From contig OZ219791.1 of the NCBI GenBank assembly GCA_964291215.2, positions 1,952,001-2,016,000 of the forward strand: a stretch of DNA of 64,000 bases. The letters are read 5' to 3'. The DNA comes from Alphaproteobacteria bacterium (GTDB taxonomy: Bacteria; Pseudomonadota; Alphaproteobacteria; MPNO01; UBA830). This document shows, in pieces, positions 21,383 to 30,204 of the stretch. The position numbers and the translations under genes were made by a program. Position 1 is the stretch's first letter. Each line of letters opens with the position of its first letter. The notes under the pieces were generated by a model, which made no database searches, was not told where the DNA came from, and saw only the letters and a program-made list of their open reading frames with translations.

Positions 21383-23311
21383 ATGCCGGTGAAGAACCGT
21401 ATCGTCGCATCGAGCCGGTTCATGGCTGACGTCCTGGCGCTCGGCTTGGCGGCGTTGGCGATCTACATCGCCGGTTTCGGCGTGTTCGACGAGGTTTGGG
21501 TGCGCGCCGGCACGACCGGGCTACCGCTCCTGATCTCGCTGTTCTGCTTCTCCACCGAGAACATGGATGTCCGGCGCGATCGGGTGTCCTGGGGTTCGAT
21601 GGCGCTCAACGCCGGCATGGTGGCGGCGCTGGCGGTGATCTACTACTACTGGATCACCCTGATGAACGAGCAGCTCGACTTCTTCGTCGATTTCACCGTC
21701 ACGCACTACCTCATCGGGTTCGTCGGTATCGCGGTCGTCTTCTACCTGACGCTCTGTCATTTCGGCCTGCCGCTGTTCCTCGTCTGCCTTCTGTCGCTCC
21801 TGATCCTGTTCTTCGGCAACCTCATTCCGGGCACCCTCAACATCCCCGAGGTCAAGTGGTTCCTGGTTTCCGAGAAGCTCTGGTACAGCACCGACGGCGT
21901 CTTCGGACGCCCCGTCGCGGTGGTCGGCCAGATTGTCCTCGTCTTCATTCTCTTCGGCGCTGTCCTCGAGGCGTCGGGCGCCGGCGCCACCCTCCTCAAG
22001 TTCGCCTTCGCCGTGACCGGGCCGCTGCGTGGCGGCCCCGCCCATGCAGCCATCATCGGCAGCGCCAGCTTCGGCACGATGAACGGCGCCGCGGTCGCCA
22101 ACGTGGTGACGACGGGTGTGTTCACCATTCCGCTCATCAAGCGGACCGGTTTTCCGGCGAAATTCGCCGGCGCCGTCGAGGCGACGGCGTCGACCGGCGG
22201 CCAGATCATGCCTCCGGTGATGGGCGCGGTTGCCTTCCTGATGGCCGACATCACCGGCATTCCGTATCTCACCATCATCATCGCCGCTGCCATCCCGGCG
22301 CTGATGTACTATGTCAGCCTGTTCACCGTCGTCTGGCTCGAGGCGCGCAAGCAGGGCCTCAAGCCGACGCCGCGCGCCGATCGGGTCAAGCTGACGATCG
22401 GGGACTGGGGGCGCTCGATCTCGTTCTTCGTGCCGCTTGGCGTCATCGTCTATGTCCTGATGACCGGGCGAACGGCCCAGAATGCCGGTTTCTACGGCCT
22501 GATCACGGCGTTCGTCTTGTCCCTGGTCCTCTACCCCGAATTCCGCTCGCTGAAGAAGATCGTGGGGGCGTTGATCCGCGGCGGACGCACCTGTGCGACG
22601 ATCATGGTCGTCGTCGCCGCTATCGGGTTCGTGGTCGGCATGGTCAACATGTCTGGTCTGGGTATCAAGTTCGCGGCTACCATTCTTGCGATTGCCGGCG
22701 ACAGCCTCTTCCTTTCGCTCGTCGTCATGGCCATCGGGTGCCTCCTGCTCGGCATGGGCGTGCCTGTCGGCGCCGCCTATCTGATCGTCGTCCTCATCAT
22801 CGGCCCCGCGCTCGGCAAGCTCGGGTTGTCGCTGCTCCTGACGCATCTGTTCGTGATCTACTACGCGGTGCTCTCGGCGATCACCCCGCCCGTGGCGATC
22901 GCCGCCTTCGCGGCTGCGCCCATCGCGGGCTCGCGGCCGATGGAGACCGGGCTTGTCGCCGTTCGCCTCGCTATCGCGGGTTTTCTAATCCCCTTCGTCT
23001 TCGTCTACCACTCGAGCATCGTCCTCGTGGAGCCGGGCTTTACCCATCTCGGCCTCGTCTGGGGGGTTGCCGCCTTCGTGATCTCGACCATCGCCCTGGC
23101 CACGTCGCTGGGCAGGCATTCCATCGGACGCATCGGGCCGGTACATTGCGCCGTGCGTTTTGTGGCCGGCATCGCGGTGCTTGTGCCCGAGCCGCTGTAT
23201 CTCGGTCTGGGAGCGGCGGCCGTCGCGGCGTCGTTCGCGGCTGAATACATGGCACGGGTTCCGGAACGGCGCCCTGAAAACCAACCTGGAAAGGGAGTTC
23301 CCCAATGCTGA
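21383..23311 (+). CDS. TRAP transporter fused permease (4TM/12TM)
   Basis: RGGPAHAA, ANVVTTGVFTIP, ASTGGQIMPPVMGA, SAITPPVA. Confidence 0.93.
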   Translation: MPVKNRIVASSRFMADVLALGLAALAIYIAGFGVFDEVWVRAGTTGLPLLISLFCFSTENMDVRRDRVSWGSMALNAGMVAALAVIYYYWITLMNEQLDFFVDFTVTHYLIGFVGIAVVFYLTLCHFGLPLFLVCLLSLLILFFGNLIPGTLNIPEVKWFLVSEKLWYSTDGVFGRPVAVVGQIVLVFILFGAVLEASGAGATLLKFAFAVTGPLRGGPAHAAIIGSASFGTMNGAAVANVVTTGVFTIPLIKRTGFPAKFAGAVEATASTGGQIMPPVMGAVAFLMADITGIPYLTIIIAAAIPALMYYVSLFTVVWLEARKQGLKPTPRADRVKLTIGDWGRSISFFVPLGVIVYVLMTGRTAQNAGFYGLITAFVLSLVLYPEFRSLKKIVGALIRGGRTCATIMVVVAAIGFVVGMVNMSGLGIKFAATILAIAGDSLFLSLVVMAIGCLLLGMGVPVGAAYLIVVLIIGPALGKLGLSLLLTHLFVIYYAVLSAITPPVAIAAFAAAPIAGSRPMETGLVAVRLAIAGFLIPFVFVYHSSIVLVEPGFTHLGLVWGVAAFVISTIALATSLGRHSIGRIGPVHCAVRFVAGIAVLVPEPLYLGLGAAAVAASFAAEYMARVPERRPENQPGKGVPQC

Positions 23312-24309
23312 AACGTCCAAGTCTCATTCTTGCCGCAGCGCTGTTCGCGACCGCCGTCGCGGTCCCGGCTGAAGCGCAGAAGAAGCAGATCAAGATGTCG
23401 ACGATCGCTCCGGGCTCGTCGATGTATCTGGTCATGACGACCTTCGCCAACCTGGTCAATCAGGGCCAGGACAAGTTCGAGATCACCGTCGACGCCACCG
23501 GCACCGCGACCAAGCACATGGTCGATGTCGCCAGAGGATCGATCGACATGTCGATGACCGCGCCGGTGCCGATCGCGTGGATGAAGAACGGTACCCGCGT
23601 CTACAAGAAGCTCAAGGGCGTCAAGGAACTGGCCAAGAACCTGCGGATGGTCTTCTGGTTCCCGCTCGGCGGTTACCATTACACGACCTATGCCGATTCG
23701 GGGATCAAGACGCTCGCCGACTTGAAGGGAAAGAGGGTGTTCGTCGGCCCGCCGTCGGGCGGCCAGCTCGTCACCGGGCTCGCTTTCATCAAGTCGCAGA
23801 CCGGCCTCACGCCGAAGGAGTTCAAGAGCGTCAACCTGAATTTCGCATCGGCCCTGCAGGCGTTCCAGGATCGCCAGATCGATGTCTACACGATCGGCTG
23901 CCTCGACCCGTGCGCGCAGCTGCAGCAGGTGGCGGCAACCTCGAAGATCCGCTTCCTTGGCGTGCCGACCAAGGCGGATCTCGACAAGACGCCGGCGCAG
24001 AAGGCGTTCTTCAAGCCGCTCGGGCGGACCAAGGGCGTGATCAAGAAGGGCGTCTACGGCGCCAATCAGGTCAATGAAGGCGATGTCTGGATCAATAACG
24101 CGATTCTGGGCGTGACCGTGCGCAAGGGTATCGACGACGAGACCATGTACTCAATGGTCAAGGTGTTCTGGTCCAATCTTGACGGAATCCGCAAGAGCGC
24201 GCCCTACATGGACCGGGTGACGATCGAATATGCCACCCAGAAGGGGAACATGGAGTTCCACCCCGGCGCCGTGAAGTTCTACAAGGAAGCAGGAGTCTGG
24301 AAGCGCTGA
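23305..24309 (+). CDS. TAXI-family TRAP solute-binding protein
   Basis: Signal peptide, DLKGKRVFVGPPSGG, C-terminal FHPGAVKFYKEAG. Confidence 0.92.
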   Translation: MLKRPSLILAAALFATAVAVPAEAQKKQIKMSTIAPGSSMYLVMTTFANLVNQGQDKFEITVDATGTATKHMVDVARGSIDMSMTAPVPIAWMKNGTRVYKKLKGVKELAKNLRMVFWFPLGGYHYTTYADSGIKTLADLKGKRVFVGPPSGGQLVTGLAFIKSQTGLTPKEFKSVNLNFASALQAFQDRQIDVYTIGCLDPCAQLQQVAATSKIRFLGVPTKADLDKTPAQKAFFKPLGRTKGVIKKGVYGANQVNEGDVWINNAILGVTVRKGIDDETMYSMVKVFWSNLDGIRKSAPYMDRVTIEYATQKGNMEFHPGAVKFYKEAGVWKR

Positions 24310-24315
24310 CGCTTC

Positions 24316-24350
24316 CGGCGCCCCGGGGCCGGTCGGGTCCCGGGGCGCCG
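24316..24350. terminator. GC-rich hairpin between convergent genes
   Basis: CGGCGCCCCGGG (24316-24327) pairs perfectly with CCCGGGGCGCCG (24339-24350); no U-tract. Confidence 0.55.
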
Positions 24351-24384
24351 CCTGGCGCTGGCAGGGCGCAGCGCCCTGTGTCGG

Positions 24385-25395
24385 CTATTCCCAGCGAATG
24401 GGCGCGAACTTGAAGACGGGGAACGGTCCGAGACTCAACTGGCGTTCCTGCAACGAGATCGGCAGTCGGGCCCCGCCGGCGCCGAGCGTGAGCGCTGCCT
24501 TGAGGGCAAGCGCCTGCAGGTCGCGTATTGCCCCCGCGCTCGTCAGCGATTCGATGACCTCGTCGATGCCGGCGACCTCGACGGTCATCGCGCCTTCCGG
24601 CTGCAGGCGGCGATCGAGGGCGAAGGTGCCGTTGCCCGTGACCCTCGACGACCCCCGGTCGAGGGCGACCGACCGAAATTCGATCACGCCGCCGGCCTCG
24701 CGCCAGGCTTCGAGCCAGCCCTGAAGGGTGCCTTCGACCGCGGGCAGATTGCGCACCGAGCCCTCCGCCGATACCCGATCGCTGGCGCCGCCGGGGGACA
24801 GGCGCAGGCTGTCCGGAAGTTCCGGCGCCTCGATGACGATCGCGAACCGGTAGCCGGCCCGGGCGGAACCCGGCCTTGCGCCGTCATCCGGCGTCAGGGC
24901 GGCCATGCGGCCCCGGATCGCCCGCGCCGAGGCGATCCGCCCTCTCGGACCCGTGAAGGCCGGCGCCGACAGCGTCCATTCGGCAGCGTCAACCCCGTCC
25001 CGTCCCCATGTGAGAACAGCCTCGGCGCTCGCCGGCTCGGCAACGAAACGCCTGTTGTGGAACGCCATTCGGTGAACGCCCGGGACGTTGACCATGATTC
25101 GGTCCAGATCCCAGATGCGTGCCGTTGCCGTCATGCCGGGCGCGTCCCATTGCCACCGCGACGCCGGCCCGGCAAGCCGGACCGCGCTGGCGCGGACCGT
25201 CAGGCTGAAGGGGAAGCCGCTGGTCGTCACTGCGCCGAGATTGACGGTCCAGCCGTCCGCCTTGCGCTCGGCGCTCCAGTCCCGGACGTCGTCGAGGATG
25301 TTCCCGGCAAGCGAATGCCAGAACACGGTGTAGGCCGCGGCGGCAAGCGCGATTACCGCAATGCCGGCAGCAAGTCTGAGGCTGATCCTTGTCAT
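24385..25395 (-). CDS. DUF2125 domain protein
   Basis: N-terminal TM with YTVFW, SGFPF motif, C-terminal LSLGPFP; usual neighbour of chaC. Confidence 0.8.
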   Translation of the reverse strand: MTRISLRLAAGIAVIALAAAAYTVFWHSLAGNILDDVRDWSAERKADGWTVNLGAVTTSGFPFSLTVRASAVRLAGPASRWQWDAPGMTATARIWDLDRIMVNVPGVHRMAFHNRRFVAEPASAEAVLTWGRDGVDAAEWTLSAPAFTGPRGRIASARAIRGRMAALTPDDGARPGSARAGYRFAIVIEAPELPDSLRLSPGGASDRVSAEGSVRNLPAVEGTLQGWLEAWREAGGVIEFRSVALDRGSSRVTGNGTFALDRRLQPEGAMTVEVAGIDEVIESLTSAGAIRDLQALALKAALTLGAGGARLPISLQERQLSLGPFPVFKFAPIRWE

Positions 25396-25477
25396 CGGCC
25401 CTCCGGGACGACGTCACCGGAAGAGGGCCGGCCGCAATGGCCCGTCCGGCGAAAACCGTCTATTCTTTGGTCTCGTC

Positions 25478-26374
25478 ATGCCGTCATCCGATTCGCAATC
25501 CGGTTCGTTGCCGCCGCTCCTGTTCGCTACCGTCGCGGCGGCATTCATCTTCCTGTGGGCCAGCGGCTTCATTGCCGCCAAGTACGGCCTTCCCTACGCG
25601 GAACCCTTTACGCTGATGGCTTGCCGCTTCGCGGTCGGGGCGGCCATATTCCTCCCGGCCTGCGTGCTGCTTCGCGCCGCCTGGCCGAAGGACGGGCGCG
25701 AGACGTTTCATATTCTTGCCGCGGGTTTCGGCATCCAGACTGTATATCTGATCGGCGTCTATTACGGAATCTGGTTCGGAATATCGACCGGCCTCACGGC
25801 GCTTGTGGTCGGGCTGCAGCCGCTTCTCACCGGCGTTCTCTCCGGCCATGTGCTCGGCGAGACGGTCACGCGCCGCAACTGGATTGGCCTCGTGCTCGGA
25901 TTCGCCGGGCTGGTCTTCGTGATCTGGGACAAGATTGCCTCTCCGGCGGAGGCCCTTTGGGGCCTTGCAATGCTCGTGCTCGGCCTTGCCGCGATAACGG
26001 CGGGCACCCTCTACCAGAAGCGCTTCTGCGGCGAGTTCGACGTGCGGACGGGCGTCGCGCTGCAGAACGTCATGTCCTGCATCGTCATGCTCGTTCTTGC
26101 CGCGACCTTCGAGACCATGGAAATCGACTGGACCGGCGCCTTCGTCTTCGCCGTCCTGTGGTCGGCCATCGGCCTGTCCGTCTTCGGGATCGCGCTCTAT
26201 TACTGGCTGGTGCAGCGTGGCGCCGCAGCGCGGGTCACGAGCCTCATCTATCTCAGTCCCCCGACGACGGCGCTCATGGGATGGGCCGCTTTCGGCGAGG
26301 TTCTCTCGTGGAAGATCCTGGTGGGCATGGTGCTGGCGATGACCGGCGTGGCGCTCGCCGTGCGGGCAAGATGA
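25478..26374 (+). CDS. DMT/EamA family transporter
   Basis: About ten hydrophobic segments; LWASGFI, GLQPLLT, GTLYQKRF. Confidence 0.9.
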   Translation: MPSSDSQSGSLPPLLFATVAAAFIFLWASGFIAAKYGLPYAEPFTLMACRFAVGAAIFLPACVLLRAAWPKDGRETFHILAAGFGIQTVYLIGVYYGIWFGISTGLTALVVGLQPLLTGVLSGHVLGETVTRRNWIGLVLGFAGLVFVIWDKIASPAEALWGLAMLVLGLAAITAGTLYQKRFCGEFDVRTGVALQNVMSCIVMLVLAATFETMEIDWTGAFVFAVLWSAIGLSVFGIALYYWLVQRGAAARVTSLIYLSPPTTALMGWAAFGEVLSWKILVGMVLAMTGVALAVRAR

Positions 26375-26949
26375 CGGCCGGGCGGCGCCACCGGCTGGAA
26401 ATCGCGGAGCCCGGCGGTTTCTGGTTCTTCGCCTATGGCTCGCTCATGTGGGATCCGTCGTTTCGTCCCGCGGAGGCGCACGCGGCGAGGATATTCGGCT
26501 GGCATCGCGCCTTCTGCGTAAGCTCGGAGACCTACCGCGGCACCCCCGACCGGCCGGGCCTGACGCTCGGCCTCAGGCGCGGCGGGTCGTGCACCGGCCT
26601 CGCATTGCGGGTTGCGGCCGCCGACCGCGATGCTGCGATACGGGCGATCGAGGTCCGCGAGATGGACGACGATCCGATCTATCTCTGCCGGCGCGTGACG
26701 CTGCATGTGGAGAAGCGGCAGGTGCCCGGCTATACTCTTGTGACCAATCACGAGGATCGCATATTCGCCGGCGGGCTGACCTTCGAGGAGACCGCGGGGC
26801 GCATCGCGGCTTCGGTCGGCGAGCGGGGCACCAATATCGCCTATCTGGCGGAGACGGTTTCGCGGCTGGAAGAGTCGGGCATCGGGCCGCGCCGGCTGCG
26901 CGCCCTTCTCGGCCGGGCAAGGCAGCTGGCCGGCGATGTCGCAGGCTGA
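26371..26949 (+). CDS. chaC: ChaC-like glutathione-specific gamma-glutamylcyclotransferase
   Basis: WFFAYGSLMW, YRGTPDRPGLTLGL, RE motif. Confidence 0.9.
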   Translation: MTAGRRHRLEIAEPGGFWFFAYGSLMWDPSFRPAEAHAARIFGWHRAFCVSSETYRGTPDRPGLTLGLRRGGSCTGLALRVAAADRDAAIRAIEVREMDDDPIYLCRRVTLHVEKRQVPGYTLVTNHEDRIFAGGLTFEETAGRIAASVGERGTNIAYLAETVSRLEESGIGPRRLRALLGRARQLAGDVAG

Positions 26950-26970
26950 CGTGCCGGGGAGGGCGCGGAG

Positions 26971-27813
26971 ATGAGACTGATCAGCTACCGTCACGGCGGG
27001 CGCGAGGCGTTCGGTATCGTCAAGGGGGACGGCGTTGTCGATATGACCGCGCGGATCGAGCATCCGACGCTCAAGTCCGCGATATCGGGCCTCTCGATCG
27101 GCGAGATGGAACGGCTCGCGGCAGGCGCCGATCCCGACCTCGAGCTCGGCGAGCTGGAATACATGTTTCCGGTCACTGCGCCCGACAGCATCTTCTGCGT
27201 CGGGCGCAACTATCGCGCCTATCACGAGGTGCTTGATGACGGCGGGCCGGAATGGCCGAGCATCTTCGCGCGTTTTCCGGCGAGCTTCTCGGCCCACGGC
27301 CAGGAGATCTTCCGGCCGACCGTGTCCGAGCAGCTCGACTATGAGGGCGAGATCGGGGTGATCATCGGCAAGGCAGGGCGCCACGTGCCGGAATCCCGGG
27401 CACTCGACCATGTCGCGGGATACACCATCATCAATGAAGGCAGCGTGCGCGACTGGCAGAGCAAGGGCACGCAGAACTGTCCGGGCAAGAATTTCTACCG
27501 GTCCGGGGCCATCGGGCCGTGGATGGTGACCAGGGACGAGATCGACGATCTCGACGCACTCCGGATCAGGACCACCGTCGACGGCGAAGTGCGTCAGGAC
27601 GGCAGCAGCGAGATGATGATCTTCAAGATACCGTTCGTCATTGCGCACATATCGAAATTCACGTGGTTGTCGCCGGGCGACGTCATCGCCACCGGATCCC
27701 CCGGCGGCTCGGCCGTCGAGGGAACACCGCCGCGCTGGCTGGCGCCCGGGCAGACGGTCAGCGTCGAGATCGAACCGATCGGCGTCCTCAGCAACACGGT
27801 GGCGGCCGAGTAG
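26971..27813 (+). CDS. Fumarylacetoacetate hydrolase family protein
   Basis: CVGRNY, LDYEGE, NEGSVRDWQ, GKNF, PGDVIATGSP. Confidence 0.93.
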   Translation: MRLISYRHGGREAFGIVKGDGVVDMTARIEHPTLKSAISGLSIGEMERLAAGADPDLELGELEYMFPVTAPDSIFCVGRNYRAYHEVLDDGGPEWPSIFARFPASFSAHGQEIFRPTVSEQLDYEGEIGVIIGKAGRHVPESRALDHVAGYTIINEGSVRDWQSKGTQNCPGKNFYRSGAIGPWMVTRDEIDDLDALRIRTTVDGEVRQDGSSEMMIFKIPFVIAHISKFTWLSPGDVIATGSPGGSAVEGTPPRWLAPGQTVSVEIEPIGVLSNTVAAE

Positions 27814-27841
27814 GCGATCGGCGGCGGGGCGGGAGGAGAGC

Positions 27842-28684
27842 ATGCGGCTTGCGAATTTCGTTCACGACGGGCGCGACTGCTTCGGCGCGGTGGTTGATGG
27901 CGGCGTCGTCGACCTGACGGAGCGGCTCGTCGGCGGCCTGGCGGACAATCTTCCGCCGGACCGGCTGGCGGCGGCGCGGGAGCTGGTTTCGGGCGCAGAG
28001 GCCGATGTCGGTCTTGACGAAATCGACTGGCGGCTGCCGGTGACGGCTTCCCGGAAGATCTTCTGCGTCGGCCAGAACTACGCCAGCCATATTGCGGAGA
28101 TGGGACTTTCGATGCCCGACGCTCCCAGCATCTTTTCCCGCTTTTCGCGTTCGTTCGTCCCGCATCGGGGACACATGGCGATGCCGTCGCATTCCGAGCA
28201 GTTCGATTACGAGGGCGAGCTGACCGCCGTGATCGGACGGCCCGCGCGTCGCGTCGGCGAAGAAGAGGCTCTTGGCCATGTCGCCGGCTACACGATCTGC
28301 AACGACGGCAGCGTGCGCGACTGGCAGCGGCGCGGCCCGCAGGTCGCTCCCGGCAAGAACTGGGAGGAGTCGGGCATGCTCGGCCCGTGGATCACCACGG
28401 CCGACGAAACCGGCGATCCTGCGGACATGACGGTGGTAACGCGCGTCAACGGCGAAGAGCGCCAGCACGGCCACACCGGCGATCTCGTGTTCCCGGTCGC
28501 CTATCTCGTCAGCTACATCTCGACCTTCATCACGCTCGAACCGGGCGACCTCATCACCACGGGATCCCCGCACGGCGTCGCCGCAGGCTTCGATCCGCCG
28601 AAATGGCTGAAACCCGGCGACGAGGTCGAGATCGAGATCTCGCGCGTCGGCACGCTCAGCGCCGATGTCGCGGCGGTGCGGTGA
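27842..28684 (+). CDS. Fumarylacetoacetate hydrolase family protein (tandem paralogue)
   Basis: CVGQNY, FDYEGE, NDGSVRDWQ, GKNW, PGDLITTGSP. Confidence 0.93.
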   Translation: MRLANFVHDGRDCFGAVVDGGVVDLTERLVGGLADNLPPDRLAAARELVSGAEADVGLDEIDWRLPVTASRKIFCVGQNYASHIAEMGLSMPDAPSIFSRFSRSFVPHRGHMAMPSHSEQFDYEGELTAVIGRPARRVGEEEALGHVAGYTICNDGSVRDWQRRGPQVAPGKNWEESGMLGPWITTADETGDPADMTVVTRVNGEERQHGHTGDLVFPVAYLVSYISTFITLEPGDLITTGSPHGVAAGFDPPKWLKPGDEVEIEISRVGTLSADVAAVR

Positions 28685-28735
28685 CGAGATCGGGCTCTCG
28701 TCGGACCCGGTATCCTTGCGGTGTCGGGGCGGCCG

Positions 28736-29449
28736 TCACGCCGGGCAGGTGAGAAGGCGCCGGTTGCCGGCCCTGATTCGCTCGGCAAGCAGGGCATCGA
28801 ATCGTTTCCGGTCCAGGCCCGGTTCGATGCGGGGTCCGAACTCGATGATCATGGTCCCCGGCTTCTTGACGAAGGCCCGGCGGCTCCAGTAGAGGCCCGT
28901 GTTCAGCGAGACCGGAACCACCGGGACGCCGCAGTGGCGGTAGAGTGCGCCGACGCCGGTGCGTATCTCGAAATCGGCGCCCGGGGCGGACCGGGTCCCT
29001 CCCGGGAAGATCACGACCGGCCGGCCGGACGCCAGAACCGCCGCGGCGTCCTTCAGCATCCTGCGCGCCGAGGCGGCACTTCCCGACCGGTCGATGGCGA
29101 TCATGCCGAAGGCCCGCATGTAGTGCCGGAACAGGGGCAGGCGGGTCAGTTCCATCTTGAGCACATAGACCGGATTGTCGGCGATGGCGAAGAACCCGAT
29201 GGTCTCCCACGCCGACTGGTGCGCCGAGGCGATGATGAAGGCGCCGTCGGGAATGTTCCGGAGACCCCTGAATTCGAAGTCGAGGCCGAGAATTGTCCGC
29301 TGCAGGCGGAAGATGCGGTCGAACCACCATTCCACGCAGCGCCGCGTCACTGCGGATGGCAGGAGAAGCGTGGGCGCATAGGCGACGTACAGCACCCCCG
29401 TGACGCCGAATACCACGATGTTGAAGATCGCCGAACGCAGCAGGTTCAT
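28736..29449 (-). CDS. plsC: 1-acyl-sn-glycerol-3-phosphate acyltransferase
   Basis: HQSAWET, IDRS, IFPGGTRS, VVPV. Confidence 0.85.
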   Translation of the reverse strand: MNLLRSAIFNIVVFGVTGVLYVAYAPTLLLPSAVTRRCVEWWFDRIFRLQRTILGLDFEFRGLRNIPDGAFIIASAHQSAWETIGFFAIADNPVYVLKMELTRLPLFRHYMRAFGMIAIDRSGSAASARRMLKDAAAVLASGRPVVIFPGGTRSAPGADFEIRTGVGALYRHCGVPVVPVSLNTGLYWSRRAFVKKPGTMIIEFGPRIEPGLDRKRFDALLAERIRAGNRRLLTCPA

Positions 29450-30066
29450 CGCCAGCTGCCGGTGGCGCCATGGTTCAGCATCGCGGCGACGAACTTGTGA
29501 TACTCGGAGATCACGAGGCGGCCTGATCCGCGCCACGGCAGCCAGTCATTGGCGTGGAACCCTTCGGGGAATACGGGATGCGGCTCGATCTCTATGTCTG
29601 CGGGCAGGGTATTGCGGAACTCGAGCAGGCTCCGCGGCATGTGATAGCTCGCGGTCACCAGCCGAAGCGATCTGTACCCCTCCTTGCGCACCCATTTCGC
29701 GGTCTCGTGTGCGTTGCTGCGCGTACTGTGGGCGGCATGATCGATGACGATGCAGCATTCCAGATTGCCTGGGGCCTGGCGCGCGACGCGCAGCAGCGCC
29801 TGGGCGTCGACGCCGCCATGGACGCCGGAAATGAACAGCTTTCCGGCGAATCCGGCCTCAAGGAGCTGCAGCCCCTCGCGGACCCTTCCGGCGCCGCCGG
29901 TAAGGACCACGATGGCGTCGGTCACCTTTGGCGACGCCTGTCCGGGCTCCGGTATCAGTTCGGTGAAACGGTAGAAGCCGAAAAGCCACGCGAACACGAA
30001 CAGCGCAAGCACCAGGAGCCTGCGCAGCCGCCGCGGCCGGCGCCGCCGCCAGAGCCCCCGCTTCAC
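29446..30066 (-). CDS. YdcF/DUF218 family protein
   Basis: DAIVVLTGG, LFISGV, TRSNA, LVTASYHMPRS, SEYHK. Confidence 0.92.
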   Translation of the reverse strand: MKRGLWRRRRPRRLRRLLVLALFVFAWLFGFYRFTELIPEPGQASPKVTDAIVVLTGGAGRVREGLQLLEAGFAGKLFISGVHGGVDAQALLRVARQAPGNLECCIVIDHAAHSTRSNAHETAKWVRKEGYRSLRLVTASYHMPRSLLEFRNTLPADIEIEPHPVFPEGFHANDWLPWRGSGRLVISEYHKFVAAMLNHGATGSWR

Positions 30067-30204
30067 CGGCTCCTCGCGGAGCGCGCGCCGGCCATCGTCA
30101 TCGCACGGGCCGGCGCGTGGATGTCGGACCGGCCGGTGCCGGCCGGGGGCTCGGGAAAGCGTCTCTTCGGACTTCGGCGCGGCTGACGCATATGCTGCGC
30201 GGTT

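Noticed and set aside
25057-26949. Apparent 630-aa fusion ending in ChaC
   Set aside because: The upstream part is an off-frame read of the DMT gene; chaC starts at ATG 26371, overlapping the DMT stop.
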